In this document: piece by piece, positions 11,781 to 23,680 of the stretch
Layout: each line of letters starts with the position of its first letter
Numbering within the stretch: the first letter of the stretch is position 1
DNA from: Podarcis erhardii
Lineage: Eukaryota
NCBI GenBank assembly: GCA_964252035.1
Contig: OZ176205.1
Direction: 5' to 3' (one strand)
DNA length: 64,000 nucleotides
Translations under genes and position numbers: made by a program
The notes under the pieces: model-generated
Told to the model about the DNA's origin: nothing
Seen by the model: only the letters and a program-made list of their open reading frames with translations
Database searches by the model: none

Positions 11781-12136
11781 AGACAACACAGGTGGCGCTG
11801 TGGGTTAAACCACAGAGCCTAGGACTTGCCGATCAGAAGGTCGGCGGTTCGAATCCCTGTGACGGGGTGAGCTCCAGTTGCTTGGTCCCAGCTCCTGCCA
11901 ACCTAGCAGTTTGAAAGCACGCCAAAGTGCAAGTAGATAAATAGGAACCGCTCCGGCGGGAAGGTAAACAGCGTTTCCGTGTGCTGCTCTGGTTCGCCAG
12001 AAGCGGCTTAGTCATGCTGGCCACATGACCCGGAAGCTGTACGCCGGCTCCCTCGGCCAATAAAGCAAGATGAGCGCCGCAACCCCAGAGTCGGTCACGA
12101 CTGGACCTAATGGTCAGGGGTCCCTTTACCTTTACC
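11781..12136 (+). mobile_element. Sauria SINE, full length, 11-bp TSD
   Basis: Head GGTGGCGCTGTGGGTTAAACC, tail CCTTTACCTTTACC. TSD TATGTTGATGT at 11770-11780 and 12137-12147. Confidence 0.94.
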
Positions 12137-12942
12137 TATGTTGATGTGCCCTCCAGTCAATCTGGCCAGGAACATACAAGTCACTGCTGATTCACACCTG
12201 GAGCCAGCTGGTCAAACGCAACTGAGGTTAAGGTAGATTTGTGGGATAGGTGGGTCAGAGGGGTTCTCTTAGATGTTCCCAGGACTACCAGTAATTTGCA
12301 TCCTAATCTGAGGATGCAGAGAGGTAGATTTATGACCACATGAAAATAGATTTCCTGGTGAGTGACAGTGGAGAAGAAGGAAAGTGCTGCCTGTGTCATT
12401 GGGCCACTTCTCCCAGCCCCCTTTTTTTCTTTTGCAGCAAATAAATAAAGAGTGTGGAGGATGAAAGTGGCTGCAGGCTCCTCTCTGGGAGCCTGCATTT
12501 TTGCGCAAAGACAAAGATTGGCTTAGTGCGGCCAGTAAACCAGGACAAATACTCCATAGCAGAATTGGGGAAGCTTCTTTCTTAGTCCAAGGGACACATT
12601 CCCTTCTCTGCAACCTTCTGAGGGCCATATGCCAGTGGTGGCTGGAGGCAGAGACAAAAGTAGGCAAAGCAACATATGCACATTTTACCTTTCTACAATA
12701 GGATGGTTTGTGCACACAAGCAAGCAAGAGGCATTATCAGAGTTCCAGAACAAACTGCAATAGGGGAAATGCTCAGGGAGCCAAGTAAGGGGGTGACCCG
12801 TGAGAGGGGAGTGGCTTGAGGAGAGGTCCAAGGGCCAGTTAAATCTGTAAACCGGGGGTCTTCTCTAGTTGCTTTCCAGATTCTGGTGTATTGAAAGCAT
12901 TTTATTATTGTTATTCCTAATGATTTTGGTGATTTGCTCCTC

Positions 12943-13708
12943 TTTTTTTTTTTTACATCTTTAGATTTACACTTCCAACACCTTTTATCACCAGTCTTAT
13001 ACATTTTTTGCAATTTCACAGGGGTGATGTACCAACGGTACATCATCTTTTCCATATTTTCTCTAAGGGTAGTACAGGCTGTAAATTTCATTCCTTTAGT
13101 CCACAATCTCGTCCATTTGTCAAAATCCAAGTTATATCCGATGTCTATTGCCCATTTTACCATAACCTCCTTAACCTCTTCGTCCTTGGTGTCCCAATCT
13201 AATAGCTGATTATATATTTTAGATAGCAGTTTAATTTTACTTTCTATTATCTCTACCTGGAACTTAGATTTTTTCTCATTCATTCCAATCTTTTTGTCTT
13301 CCTTCCATAAGGCGTTAATTTGATGATACTGCAACCAGGCTGTTAATTTGCTTTTAAACTCTTCGTATGGTCTAATTTTCCATCCTCTTTCTGATCTTTC
13401 CAGGAGATCTTCATAGGTCAATCTCTCACCTTCCATGTTTGTTTTTTTAATAGTTAATATATCAATAGGCGATAGCCACCAGGGGGTATTTTTCCCCAAT
13501 AATTTTCTATTCTTTTCCCACGCTTCTAGCAGTGTTCCTCTGATAATGTGGTTTTAGAAGCCTTTATGCACCTTTTCCTTATTCTGCCAGAGATAAGCAT
13601 GCCAACCGAATCTTAAATCGAAGCCTTCTAAATCTAGCAGAGCTGTATTTTTTAAGGTAATCCATTCTCTAAGCCAGCAAAGGCACGAGGATTCATAATA
13701 CAATCTCA
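12943..13708 (-). mobile_element. L1-clade LINE ORF2 C-terminal fragment with poly(A) and 12-bp TSD
   Basis: Translation NLRLYY...FTACTTLRENMEKMMYRWYITPVKL...CWKC resembles L1/Tx1 ORF2 near the zinc knuckle; in-frame TAA at 13554-13556; T12 at 12943-12954; TSD GATTTGCTCCTC at 12931-12942 and 13709-13720. Confidence 0.88.
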
Positions 13709-14836
13709 GATTTGCTCCTCAATGCCTTACTTTTGCATTGTCTGCTTGCATTTGTTTTGCAAAAAATTGTCTTCTTTTTTTTGTTTTTGTTCTCATTTGC
13801 TAATCACTCTGGACTTATTTTGGATTTTGTAATGTCTTTCCTGATCTGCAGTATAAGTACTAGCTCAGCTTCTATTACTGTAGTTTTGAATAACCCTTCC
13901 TCCCCCATTCCCAAGTGTTCTGAAGATATCTAACCCTCTTGCTTTGGCTTTCCCTCTGTTTCCTTTTTATCAATCTTTATTTTTTATAAGATGTTTCCTC
14001 TACCCAGTGAAAGTTAAGCAGGACTATAACATTCCTCCCATTCAAAACCCCTTTAATCCAGGTTAATAGTTTGGTTGAACTTCAGCATAAATGGGCTCTT
14101 TTTGCATCCTTCCTTTGCATTTCTGTGAAAAACACCACAAGCAAAGAATGGCCTGCCCCAAATGTGTGTATAAATGCCAGGTTTGAAACTATTGTGTATC
14201 TCTCCTCCCCTTTCTTTCTTTCTTTGTTTGTTTGTAAGCCTGAGTCTTGTGTCTCTTTAAAAAAAATTCAAACACAACAAAAGGCCTTTTCCATTGTGTT
14301 CTTGTCTATGGAATGCTGTTGCTAGGGAGAGATGCCTGCCACCATCTTCGTCAGTTTTTATTTGTTTGTTACATAAAATTAGTACACTGCTTGATCATAA
14401 AAAACTTCAAAGCAATTTACAAAAAAAACAAAGCAATAAAATCTGTTAGTTGCCAGGTTCAGACTTCTCTGCTAGTGTTTTTCCCCCTGCTTTTAAAAAG
14501 TTTATACATGCTTTATTTTATTGTCAAACTGTTTTGAGACTTTTCCCTCTAAAAGCTACGGAAAAATAAAACAAACAATAGACCTGAGCTTCTTTAGGTG
14601 GCAATATTTGTCTGAAAAGCAGGATAAAAAAATATATAATCAACTAACATTTTCCGCCTGACGGCAGAGCAATAAGGTCAGGTAGAAGCAAGAGTTGCAA
14701 TAATGCCAAAAAGGTTCAGTGGCATGAGCCCTCAGATGAGGATGACTTTAGGCACTTTGTTAATATAAATGTAAAGGGGTGCATTTTAAAATGTTTTTAA
14801 ATGGTTGAGGGCATTCTTAATAGGTGGCCCTCTTAC

Positions 14837-14917
14837 CTGGGTACATCTGTTGTTGCCCGTGCAGGTCTCTTCATTTTCATAGTGTGGGAATGGAAAGGGG
14901 TCCCTGGTGGTTGGCAT
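14837..14917 (-). CDS. CFAP276: CFAP276 exon 1: MPTTRDPFPFPHYENEETCTGNNRCTQ
   Basis: ATG at 14917-14915, 81 nt, GTAAGA donor; resembles human MPPTRDPF N-terminus. Confidence 0.9.
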
Positions 14918-15009
14918 GCTTCAGAGGATGGACGATAAAGTGGCGGCAGCAAAAGCAGATCGCGGGTTCCCTCTCGCCGCGTGTCAGGTTTGTTTAGGAA
15001 CCGGCAGCG

Positions 15010-15022
15010 GTTGCTAAGCGAC
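15010..15022. promoter_or_regulatory. RFX X-box upstream of CFAP276
   Basis: GTTGCTAAGCGAC, 93 bp upstream of the ATG; fits the RFX imperfect palindrome typical of ciliary gene promoters. Confidence 0.65.
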
Positions 15023-16325
15023 CGTCTTCCCGGGCTTTTAGAGCCCGCAGCACATTCTTTAAGGCGCCCTCTAATGGCTGGAAATGGTAGCACAAAAAGC
15101 GGCGCAGGGAAGGAAACGTCAGAATTTTCCCGGAGGGATAAACAGCAGCAGGAAAGGAGGACGGTGCAAATGGGAGGGCGCAAGGCTATTGGTCTTCTTG
15201 AGAGGGCGACGTGTAATTAGCTGACTAGTCGGCACAGAGATCTGGAGAGGCGGGGGCGGAGAGGAGAGATGCTCCAGACTTGACGCCGCGATCCCCAGAA
15301 ATAAAAGACGTTGGCGGATTATTATTTTATTTACAAAAATAGGTTTGGTGTTTTTTTTTAGGATTTTATATAGCTGGTAGTTCAAGTGCACCGAATAGTT
15401 AATCTCGCTCTTAATTGCATATGTAGTTTTCCTATTTAAAGACTTGCAAGTGGGTTTCCTGTTAATAACGTTTGCGAGGGAAACCGGTTTATAACAGCCG
15501 CGTGGGTATGCTAAAAGCGGGAAGGAACATTTGCCCTCTAAGTTTAAAACAACATCCCGGCCGCCTACCTCCCGGGAAAAGAAAGGAAGAGACATCAGGG
15601 AGGTCTGGTGCAAAGACACGCGCCATTCCAAGCAGCACGCTCGTGCAACAGATGCACGCGGCCGTGCAATAGCGTGGAGAGTTAGAAACGACGGGCTTTT
15701 GGTGAGACCCAAGAGAAAGGACCTCCTCGCTGGCGGCAAACAGCAGCTGCATGGAAAATACTCTTCCAATATAGATACTCCCCCCCCCCTAATTTGTGTT
15801 TATTTGTACTTTGTATTTGTAAAACCCAATAAAAATGATTTATGAAAAATAAATAAAAATGAAATACTTTTCCAGTGCAGAGCGGTCAGTCTTCTTCCTT
15901 GCTATTTTCCAGACAAAAACTGATTTTTAAAACAAAATCCCCCCCCTCCCCCGGCTTTCAATGTTCAGTTTCGCTGCTGTTTGAAACTGGCTTTCCGTGG
16001 TTTGCTGCTTTTCTGTGGTGCTCTCGAATAAACCACCAACCAGGGAAAGATCATGAAACATCTACGCTGCAAATAGATCGGTACCCAGTTCTAAGCTTCC
16101 CACACCGAAAGCACCCCATTTACACCATCCACATCAGTGGGCATAGTCGTTCTGTAAACGTGGTTGGGAGGCCCGTTAGAACAGAAGAAGAGGCAAAATC
16201 TGAGCTGTCACAACAAACCTATATTCAAGGTCCTTTTAAGCCTAAAGAGCGGAAGTGTTTGGGGAGTGATTCACAGGCCCCGAGGTTCCTTCGGCCTTTC
16301 CAATGAGATATTTGAGGGGGCTGAA

Positions 16326-16746
16326 CAGGACCGGATTTAGGTTTGATGAGGCCCTAAGCTACTGAAGGTAATGGGGCCCTTTATATGTCCAGCTGTCCTT
16401 TGTCAACAACAAATTGTCGCTGTTTTTTGTGCTGAATATATGCTACATGGTAATTTATGGACCTAATAGGTATCTAAAGCCATTTGCACATAAAATATGT
16501 ATTTAATTAAAGCAATTGTTGAACTGAAACACATTTAAGAAGTATATTAATAGTGAAATAATTATTAAGCTCTAACTTAAAATGATTGGGGGCCCATTGC
16601 TTGCATCATAGAAGCCTACACAACACGAAACACTTGCTGTATGTAGGTTTTGTTTTATTTTATTATCAAATATTTTGGCCCCCCCCCCCAAGAGAGTGGG
16701 GCCCTAAGCGATATCTTATTTAGCTTATACGCAAATCCGGCCCCTG
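16326..16746. mobile_element. AT-rich MITE with TIRs CAGG(A/GG)CCGGATTT
   Basis: Left end CAGGACCGGATTT, right end AAATCCGGCCCCTG, subterminal GGGCCC(TAAG) motifs; CTGAA on both flanks (16321-16325, 16747-16751). Confidence 0.75.
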
Positions 16747-17206
16747 CTGAATTGATGTGCGTCGTCATTCAAATAGTGTGTATGCCATGTGATCGATTAT
16801 GTGGGGTGGGGCTTAATCGCCCCCCGCCCAGATTCAAGTTGTTCGCCCCCTGGAGTGGTTTGAGCAGGCGGTGCGGCCTAGTCGTTCCCAGAGCGAGCCT
16901 ACTCTGAAGCCATTCCTGCTGAATCCAACGCGGCTGACTCCCAGGCCAACGACGTTAGGCTTGCACCCTAACCCTTGAACCTCTTTCCCTCCGGCTACGC
17001 CGTTTCCTATGGTTCAAAATTAGGCGGGCTTTTGTTTGTTATGGTCGCGCGGCCTGTCACGCGGCCGCGGCGAGCGCGCCCAGAGGCTCGCGCGGCCTTC
17101 GAAAGACGCGCGCGCCAGCAGCAAACGGCCTCTGTCCCCCGGGCGCATCTTTCAAGCCGCCTCAGGTGCGCGGGAGCCGGAGGCCGGCGCGGCGGAGGCA
17201 GCTGCG

Positions 17207-17219
17207 GTTGCTAGGCAGC
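17207..17219. promoter_or_regulatory. RFX X-box-like motif upstream of ELAPOR1
   Basis: GTTGCTAGGCAGC, ~175 bp upstream of the ATG. Confidence 0.55.
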
Positions 17220-17393
17220 GAGGTGTGGGCGGCGCGAGGCGGGCAGGGGGCGGGGCTCCCGCATCCCATCTCCGCCTGAGAGCGCTGCTTGCTGCTGCTG
17301 CTGCTCTTGCCGCCGCCGCCGCTGCACCTGTGAGTCGGTGGCCGCCTCATCCAGACGCGCGGGGAAGCTGCTCGGTGCCGCTTCTGCGCCACG

Positions 17394-17570
17394 ATGGCTG
17401 GGGCCGCTGGCGGTGTCCATCCTCCTCGGCCGGATACAGCTGGGTGCTGGCGGTGCCTCCCTGGTGCCGAGCTCGGGCGGAGGCGCCTGCCGCTTCTGCT
17501 TCTTTCTCTGCTGCTGCTGCTTTGGGCAGGCGCCGCTACTCCGGGAGAGGAGCTGCACGCCTGCAAAGAG
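17394..17570 (+). CDS. ELAPOR1: ELAPOR1 exon 1 (59 aa, signal peptide ...LPLLLLSLLLLLWAGAA...ELHACKE)
   Basis: ACGATGG Kozak context; donor GTACCG at 17571. Confidence 0.92.
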
Positions 17571-20500
17571 GTACCGGCGGGGAAGAGCAGGGGGCTTTCA
17601 TGTCCTGGAGCAGAGGAGGGGGTGGTGGTGTGTGTCTAAATTTGAAACGCCTTAGGAAAAAAACACTTGGCTTCAATCAAATCAAATTGTGTTGACTAGA
17701 ATAAAACTCGACGCCAAAGTAGTCTGCGATGCTCGTGGAGCAAAAGGCACGCTAGAAGAGCATTGTTTCTTCGGCATCAATTAATGCTGTAGCCCCAGGA
17801 AGGGTTGGAGCAAGGCAGGCACACCTCAGAAGTGCACTTGGCTGCCTTTCGCCCAGGGGGTCTTGTGGGGGCCAGTTCACTACCTAGCCAGCATGCTAAC
17901 AACAGCTTGCTGTGAGCAAAACCTCCTTGGAGGGCTGGCAGGCCGTTTGTGGGAATGTTTAAATGGGGGCTGGAGAGGCTAACTTCAAGCCACCACCAGG
18001 GAAGGTGGAGGAAATCTCTAGTTTTCCTGGAACAGACTGAAGCCAGGGCAGTACTGTAGCAGGTAGTGATTTTCATTGTTGGATCACTATCCTCCATGTT
18101 TCCTATATGCTGGACATGGTGCTCTTTTTGTTGTTGGTGCCTCTTAGTGACCCATTCCAGAGGGTAGCCTCTGTTGTAGCAAAAAAAGGTACATTTATGG
18201 GATGAACACACTTGGCGTGCCATAGGCTTACACTTTGATCAGTTTTAGTCTTTAAGATACCACAGGATTATTATTTTAGTAGCTATCAAACCAGATTATC
18301 TGTTCTAACTAGTTCTAAACTGTCCCTTAGGGACTTCTAGCACCACCACCTTCATTTAGCTTTGACTAAGGAGTAACGATAAAGACTCATCTCACAAGTC
18401 TGAAGAAGAGTGTTTGTCTGTCTTTAAATTGGAGGATCAGTGCTGTCCAACCTTCTGGCACTGTAGTATACTCCCTTTCTTGCACCCACCCCCATTGACT
18501 GCTGACTGGAATCTACCTTGGGCAACTGACTGTGTTTGCTCCTCCCCCCCCCCATGTAACATGGCAGGTTGCCTGCGAGTCAGATCACAGTAACTTTCTA
18601 GTATGTCAACAAAGAGTGACTTTAATTTCTCCTGTGCATGCCTGTTTTTCCTTAATGAAAACTGATATGAACAGTACGAACAGTATAGACAATGGAAACA
18701 AAAATCAAAGGCAATGAAACAAAGCAGAGGAAAATTGCACATAAATAGCTGCCAGGTGCATGGGTATCAATACTTTTTAACCTCTGGTCATTGTATAGAC
18801 CATTGTTACATTCCATTGGCTGAAATGGGTGAGGTAGTTCACCACGCTTGCCATATACTTGCATTTGTGTGTTGTGTGTGCTTTTTAAAGATCTGGGAAT
18901 GTCAAGGCTTTCTGAATTTAACTTGTAGTCTGTAAAAGTACATTTTCTCTCTTGCAATTTTGTTACTGGGTTATCTTTTTTTTGGTATCTTGTTACACTC
19001 GAAATTACACCTGCAAAAAGCTGGTACAACAGCCAGAATGCACTTTCATTCCATTTTTGTATGGCTTCTTGTACTGCATGTATGCTGTGGGTGTAACTAT
19101 ATGTCTGAGCTCCACCCTTGACAGTTCTTTCTCTGTTAAGAACAAAGGTAGCCTTATGGATCAAACCAAAGATTTATCTAATGCCATCATCCTGTTTTCC
19201 CTGAGTGACCAAACAAATGCCTTCTGGAAACTAACCAGCAAGACTTGAAGCCAAGAGTCCCTCAGCAACTGGTATTCTGTGGCATATAGTCTCTGGACTT
19301 AGGAATTCCATTTTGGCTATCGTAGCTGTGGGTAGGGCTCTTCTTCATTCTAATCCCTTCTTCAAAATGACCAAGAAATACCATTTTGATGTTTAAATTG
19401 TAGCTTTTGTCTGTGCCAAAATGTAGCAACAATGGTGTTCTATTGGGGGTGCAGTGCTGTGCATAATTGTTTGTGCCTGCAGCTCCCAAGACTTAAACAA
19501 TACAAACAAAATTGATTATTTTGGAACTCTTGAAAAGGAACTTGAGAAGAAACTAAAGCAGGCAATTTGAAGTTACCATTATTGAGCCATCTGTTACCAA
19601 AGTGAGCACCCCATAGGTGGCTGATTCCCCCAAATAACACCAGGAGCAGCAAACCTACCCTCCAACAGTTCCCTCGGGGTCCAAGGGAGGCATAGGCCTT
19701 TGTTCCTAAGTGGTCATTGGAGGTGAGGAGGATGAATGTTCTCCCCAATTCTTTCTCCTTCAGATTTTGGTAGAGTGAGAAGCATGTGACTTCAGTTATG
19801 TGAAATGGCTGAATGATATATTTATAGAAGGCAAGCTGAGGTGTTCTTTGCACTTCCCCATCTCTTCACAAGCATGAATCTCAGGGAATGAATGCTGATT
19901 ATGCATTCAAAAATGCCGCGTGGCCCATCCCTGCTGGAAGTCAATCTCATAGGTGTTGGTGGAACTTGCTCCAGCAGGAGGATTATTCTCACGGCCAGTT
20001 AGAGACGAACCTGGCAATAACACCGCTTTAGGCCTGTCAGCCAATTAAATCATGTTTAGTTGATTAATCAACTGCCTTTTAACTGAAGGTTGAATCTAGT
20101 CATACTCAAGAGTAGACTCTTTGAAATCAAAGGATTTAAGTTAGTCTTGCTCAACCAATTACACGAAGAGTAAGCTGAATGACCCACTCAGCCAAAGGCA
20201 ACCCAACAGCTAGATATTTGAGTACCCTCACATTTTTGCCATCCCAGGCAGGTAGCAAAACATCCCTCCTCCCCGAGATGCAGTGGGGCTTATTTCACTT
20301 TATTTATTTGCTCATCTTTCCAGGAGGCCCACGGCTACTCTTTTAAAGTATCATAACTTGAGGCAGTTTATCGCACTAGTACATTGCATATGTAGCACAG
20401 CCTTGAAAAGAAACCTCACAAACACAAACTTGTCTAAACTTATATATAACACAACCCTTTCTGCAGTCCAGTTTCAGGCAGCTCCTGTGACTGAGGGGGG

Positions 20501-23500
20501 AAATTACCCAGGGGTGAGCTAAAACAAGATCACCTCTGGGTGTCTAGAGTAAAGATGGAGCAAGCAAGGTGGGAGTTTGTGACAGTTAGTTGCCACTCAC
20601 GAATTCAGAGGCTGGAGTGTGGGTGGTGCTTTTTGCCTCCCTTCTCATAGAATGGAATCGTGGTGCTGAAGAGTTTGCAGCAGCAGTGGGAGATCTCTGG
20701 CTCATGGGCCTAATTATGCCCACCAGGCCATTTAGGGAAAAAACACGTAAGCCAGTTAATCACCTGGCATCATATGATTTGAGGTGCTGCACAGGTAAAG
20801 TTGAGATGCCAGCTTGAAAAGGAAGACTCAGGAGTGCTCTCTTATGGGTGCTCCTGATTCTTGCTTCCCAGCCTCTGCTTGAATTGGGCGCTCTCTGAAT
20901 CCAGCACTCTTTTCTGTTGCCCTGCATAGCAACAGAAAGTGCCAGGTTCAAAAAGCGCCAAACTCAAGCTGACTAATTTCTCTATTTTTAACTTTTATTA
21001 TTAATTCTGTGCATGTTTTATTTAAATGTATAATCTCCTGCAGCCCTCACTGGAGCAGTGTTTCTGGTTTTAATGTGCAGTGTTCTGGGGGAGAGAGAAG
21101 GAAGGAATAATAAATGTATTCAAGGGTAGAGTGTCGATGAAGGTTTTCAGAATATCAGCAAAATTAGTTCTGCCTTAGAAGTGACTAGATGCATTTCCGA
21201 CAAACTGGAGATTGGCATCAGGTTTGCTGTCCAGGCTTTGAAAGAGCAACTCCTGAAAAGGAAGCTGTTATGCATCCCTGGTTGGTAGAACATGGAGTGA
21301 TATGTGATGATTGAAATTAAATGTGGCTTCAGGTTTTAAATGTTAGCTCCCAACTTATCCAGGACCAGAGTCCAGAACCATGGGAGTGACTGATGGGGGT
21401 GGGGTCAGACAACCTTAGGAAAATTCCCTGCTAAAAGACTCATTGAATATAATGGACCGAACTCAACTGTGTGTGAAACTTAGTTGACTACCACCCTCTG
21501 TTTTGTGTGTGTGTGTTAAGCAAGGATGGGAGGAGCCTTCAGCCCATTCATCTTACTGAGACATTATAATTGGGCTCCCATGCAGTTGCTATTTGCTGAA
21601 GTTTAATAAAACTGGGATTCTATTTCTGCATCTCGTCTGGTCTGCTTTGCCCCTAGGCGTTTTGGGCAGGCTGTAGCCAACCATTTGACAGAGGAGGAGG
21701 TACAAAATAGTATGTAGCTAATTATAGGTAGTCTAAGAAATTCAAAATAAAGTTATGTCAGCTGTAATGCTGCATACACTTTCTTTGGACTAAGTCCCAC
21801 TGACCTCAGTGGGGCTTACTTTTGAGTAAATGTGCATAGGATTGGAGCATTCATTCAATTAGCATTTTAAAGATATTCCCATTTTAATATCAATAAGCAT
21901 AAGTACCAAGAGCTTGTCAAATATCCCCAAAGCTTTTGCATTTATTGCTCAGGAGCCTGGAAGCAGTTTTTCTTCTTAATGAGCAATTTGGTAGAATACT
22001 GCATGTGTGTTTTTTTTGTTATCTCTCCTAAAAGTGAAAGGCCTTCTAAAGGCTTACAGTGTAACCCTACCCTTATCTATTTAGAAGTAAATCCTATTGA
22101 ATTCAGTAGGACTTAAGGGCTGCATCCTTAGTGTTTTTCTTCTTTCAATATGAAAGCCCAGCATCAAGGGAAAGGCCTTTGAGCAGACAAAGCCTGACAT
22201 GGTTAGGGACTTGGGTAAGTTGTGAAATAACATTTAAAAAATGAGTTGGTATTTCATTCCAGTCATCATGTATAATTCCATGTCCCACCCCTGGGGTACA
22301 TATGAAGTGCATTTTCATATATGCAAGTGTTGCTCTTTCAGACCCCACCCACCAGAAAATCATTTTCTCGAAATGACCAGTTCTCCCAGTGTGATCTTTG
22401 AGAGCACGGAGCATGCTGAAACTCCTTCATCTCTTTGCATTTGCTCAGTGGGAACAGTAATAGCTGCAGAACAGAATAGCTGTATTTTTATTTAATTTAT
22501 TCTGATATAGATCCTGACTATTGGCTCCAGGAGACTCATACCTGTTTTTTGCCTAAAGTAATTAGGATCAGTTGCTGCTGCTGCTCGGTACTTCTAGCTA
22601 GCAGTGCCGGATCTACAAATTTTGCCAAAGGGGGCAAAAGTCTGTACTGCCGCCCACCCTGGAAAAAGGAAGCCTGCCTGGGGCCCCCTACACCTCAACT
22701 TGGCAGGCAGGTGGGACCTCAAGTGCTTCCCCAGCCTCAGCCAGACAGTCTTGAAGCCAGCATCTTGCCCTCCTCCAACTCTTTGCAACACTGAGAAATG
22801 GTGGGTTGCTCTGCCATGGGAAATGGCGTGCAGGGATCGGGGGTGAGCAAAGACCCTGATAGGCAGTGATCAATGGATGGAGGAGCTGGTTTGCTTGAGG
22901 CTCTTTTTCCTCCTCTCAACCTTCCCTGTTTTTGTATGGTGGAACCTCAACACACACACACGAGCTGGGAAGCTCAGACTCTGAGCTTGTCCTGGTCTGC
23001 TGGCCAAGTTCAGGTTCAGCTTCCCTAGCAGAACTTGAGTAGCAGCAGAGGTGGATTTAGCCGAGCATGACTGGTTCACCTGCACAGAGTGTCGAAACAA
23101 TGACTTAGAATGGAAGGCAAGAGGCTGTGTGTGTGCGTGCGCATGTGCTGAATTTCAGCGTGGCACAGGCACTGCTGAAATTCGAAAGTCCAAAGTCTGC
23201 CACTGGGACCAGGCCCCTCTTTCTCTCCTTTGCGTTCCATCCTGCTTCAGCTTCTCATCTTCCACTTCTTGGGGTGGGCAAGGAGGAAGGACTTTCTATA
23301 GCCACTCAGCAGTTTTTCCTCCCCGCTAACCTGCCATGCGGGGCATATGCTCCTTTTCACCACCCCGTTTAATTCAGGCCTGTCAGCTAATGCTTAGACA
23401 GATGCTTATGATGGAACAAAAAACCCCAAACCCCTCAACCAATTCCTTTTTGTATTACTCAATTGTCCCACAGAGGTTTGCAAAGTACTCTTTTTATGTC

Positions 23501-23540
23501 TTTGCCGTAGGCAGCAAGAAATGGGATAAAACATATGTCC

Positions 23541-23680
23541 CTGTAGCTCAGTTGGAGGCAGAACACACGCCTTGCAACAGACCCTAGATTCAATTCCTGA
23601 CATTTCCAGGTTAGGATGAGAAATTCTCTTGTCTGAAGCCGCCTCTGTAGACCAGGAATGGGGCGCTTGTGGCTCTTCAG
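23541..23680 (+). mobile_element. Degenerate tRNA-derived SINE (Squam3-like)
   Basis: CTGTAGCTCAGTTGG head and GATTCAATTCC B-box remnant; similar to 62600-62779. Confidence 0.5.

Larger units (their letters stand above)
7818..14917 (-). other. CFAP276: CFAP276 (C1orf194) gene span, 5 coding exons, 519 nt, 172 aa
   Basis: Exons join in frame through GT-AG introns. Peptide motifs MPTTRDPF, PTHLAQQRDPW, LYNHH, RHWVNP..ESIH, HTAATNSGYSRK.NGG match recalled human C1orf194. Confidence 0.93.
14950..17600. promoter_or_regulatory. CpG-rich divergent promoter region of CFAP276 (-) and ELAPOR1 (+)
   Basis: CpG is dense at ~14950-15300, 15470-15760 and 16750-17600, against CpG-poor flanks; several GC boxes. 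Confidence 0.82.

Noticed and set aside
12693-13499. 268-aa ORF as an intact gene
   Set aside because: It is an L1 ORF2 fragment reading through its poly(A) and TSD into flanking intron, with an in-frame stop just upstream.
15119-15769. 216-aa ORF and overlapping ORFs in the promoter region
   Set aside because: No domain-like motifs or supporting splice structure; typical CpG-island open frames.
17036-17695. 219-aa and other Ala/Arg/Gly-rich ORFs over ELAPOR1 exon 1
   Set aside because: Low-complexity translations of the CpG island; only the 17394 frame gives a signal peptide and joins exon 2 in phase.
20058-20073. 16-bp perfect palindrome AGTTGATTAATCAACT
   Set aside because: Short and AT-rich, near other small repeat remnants; nothing further supports a function.
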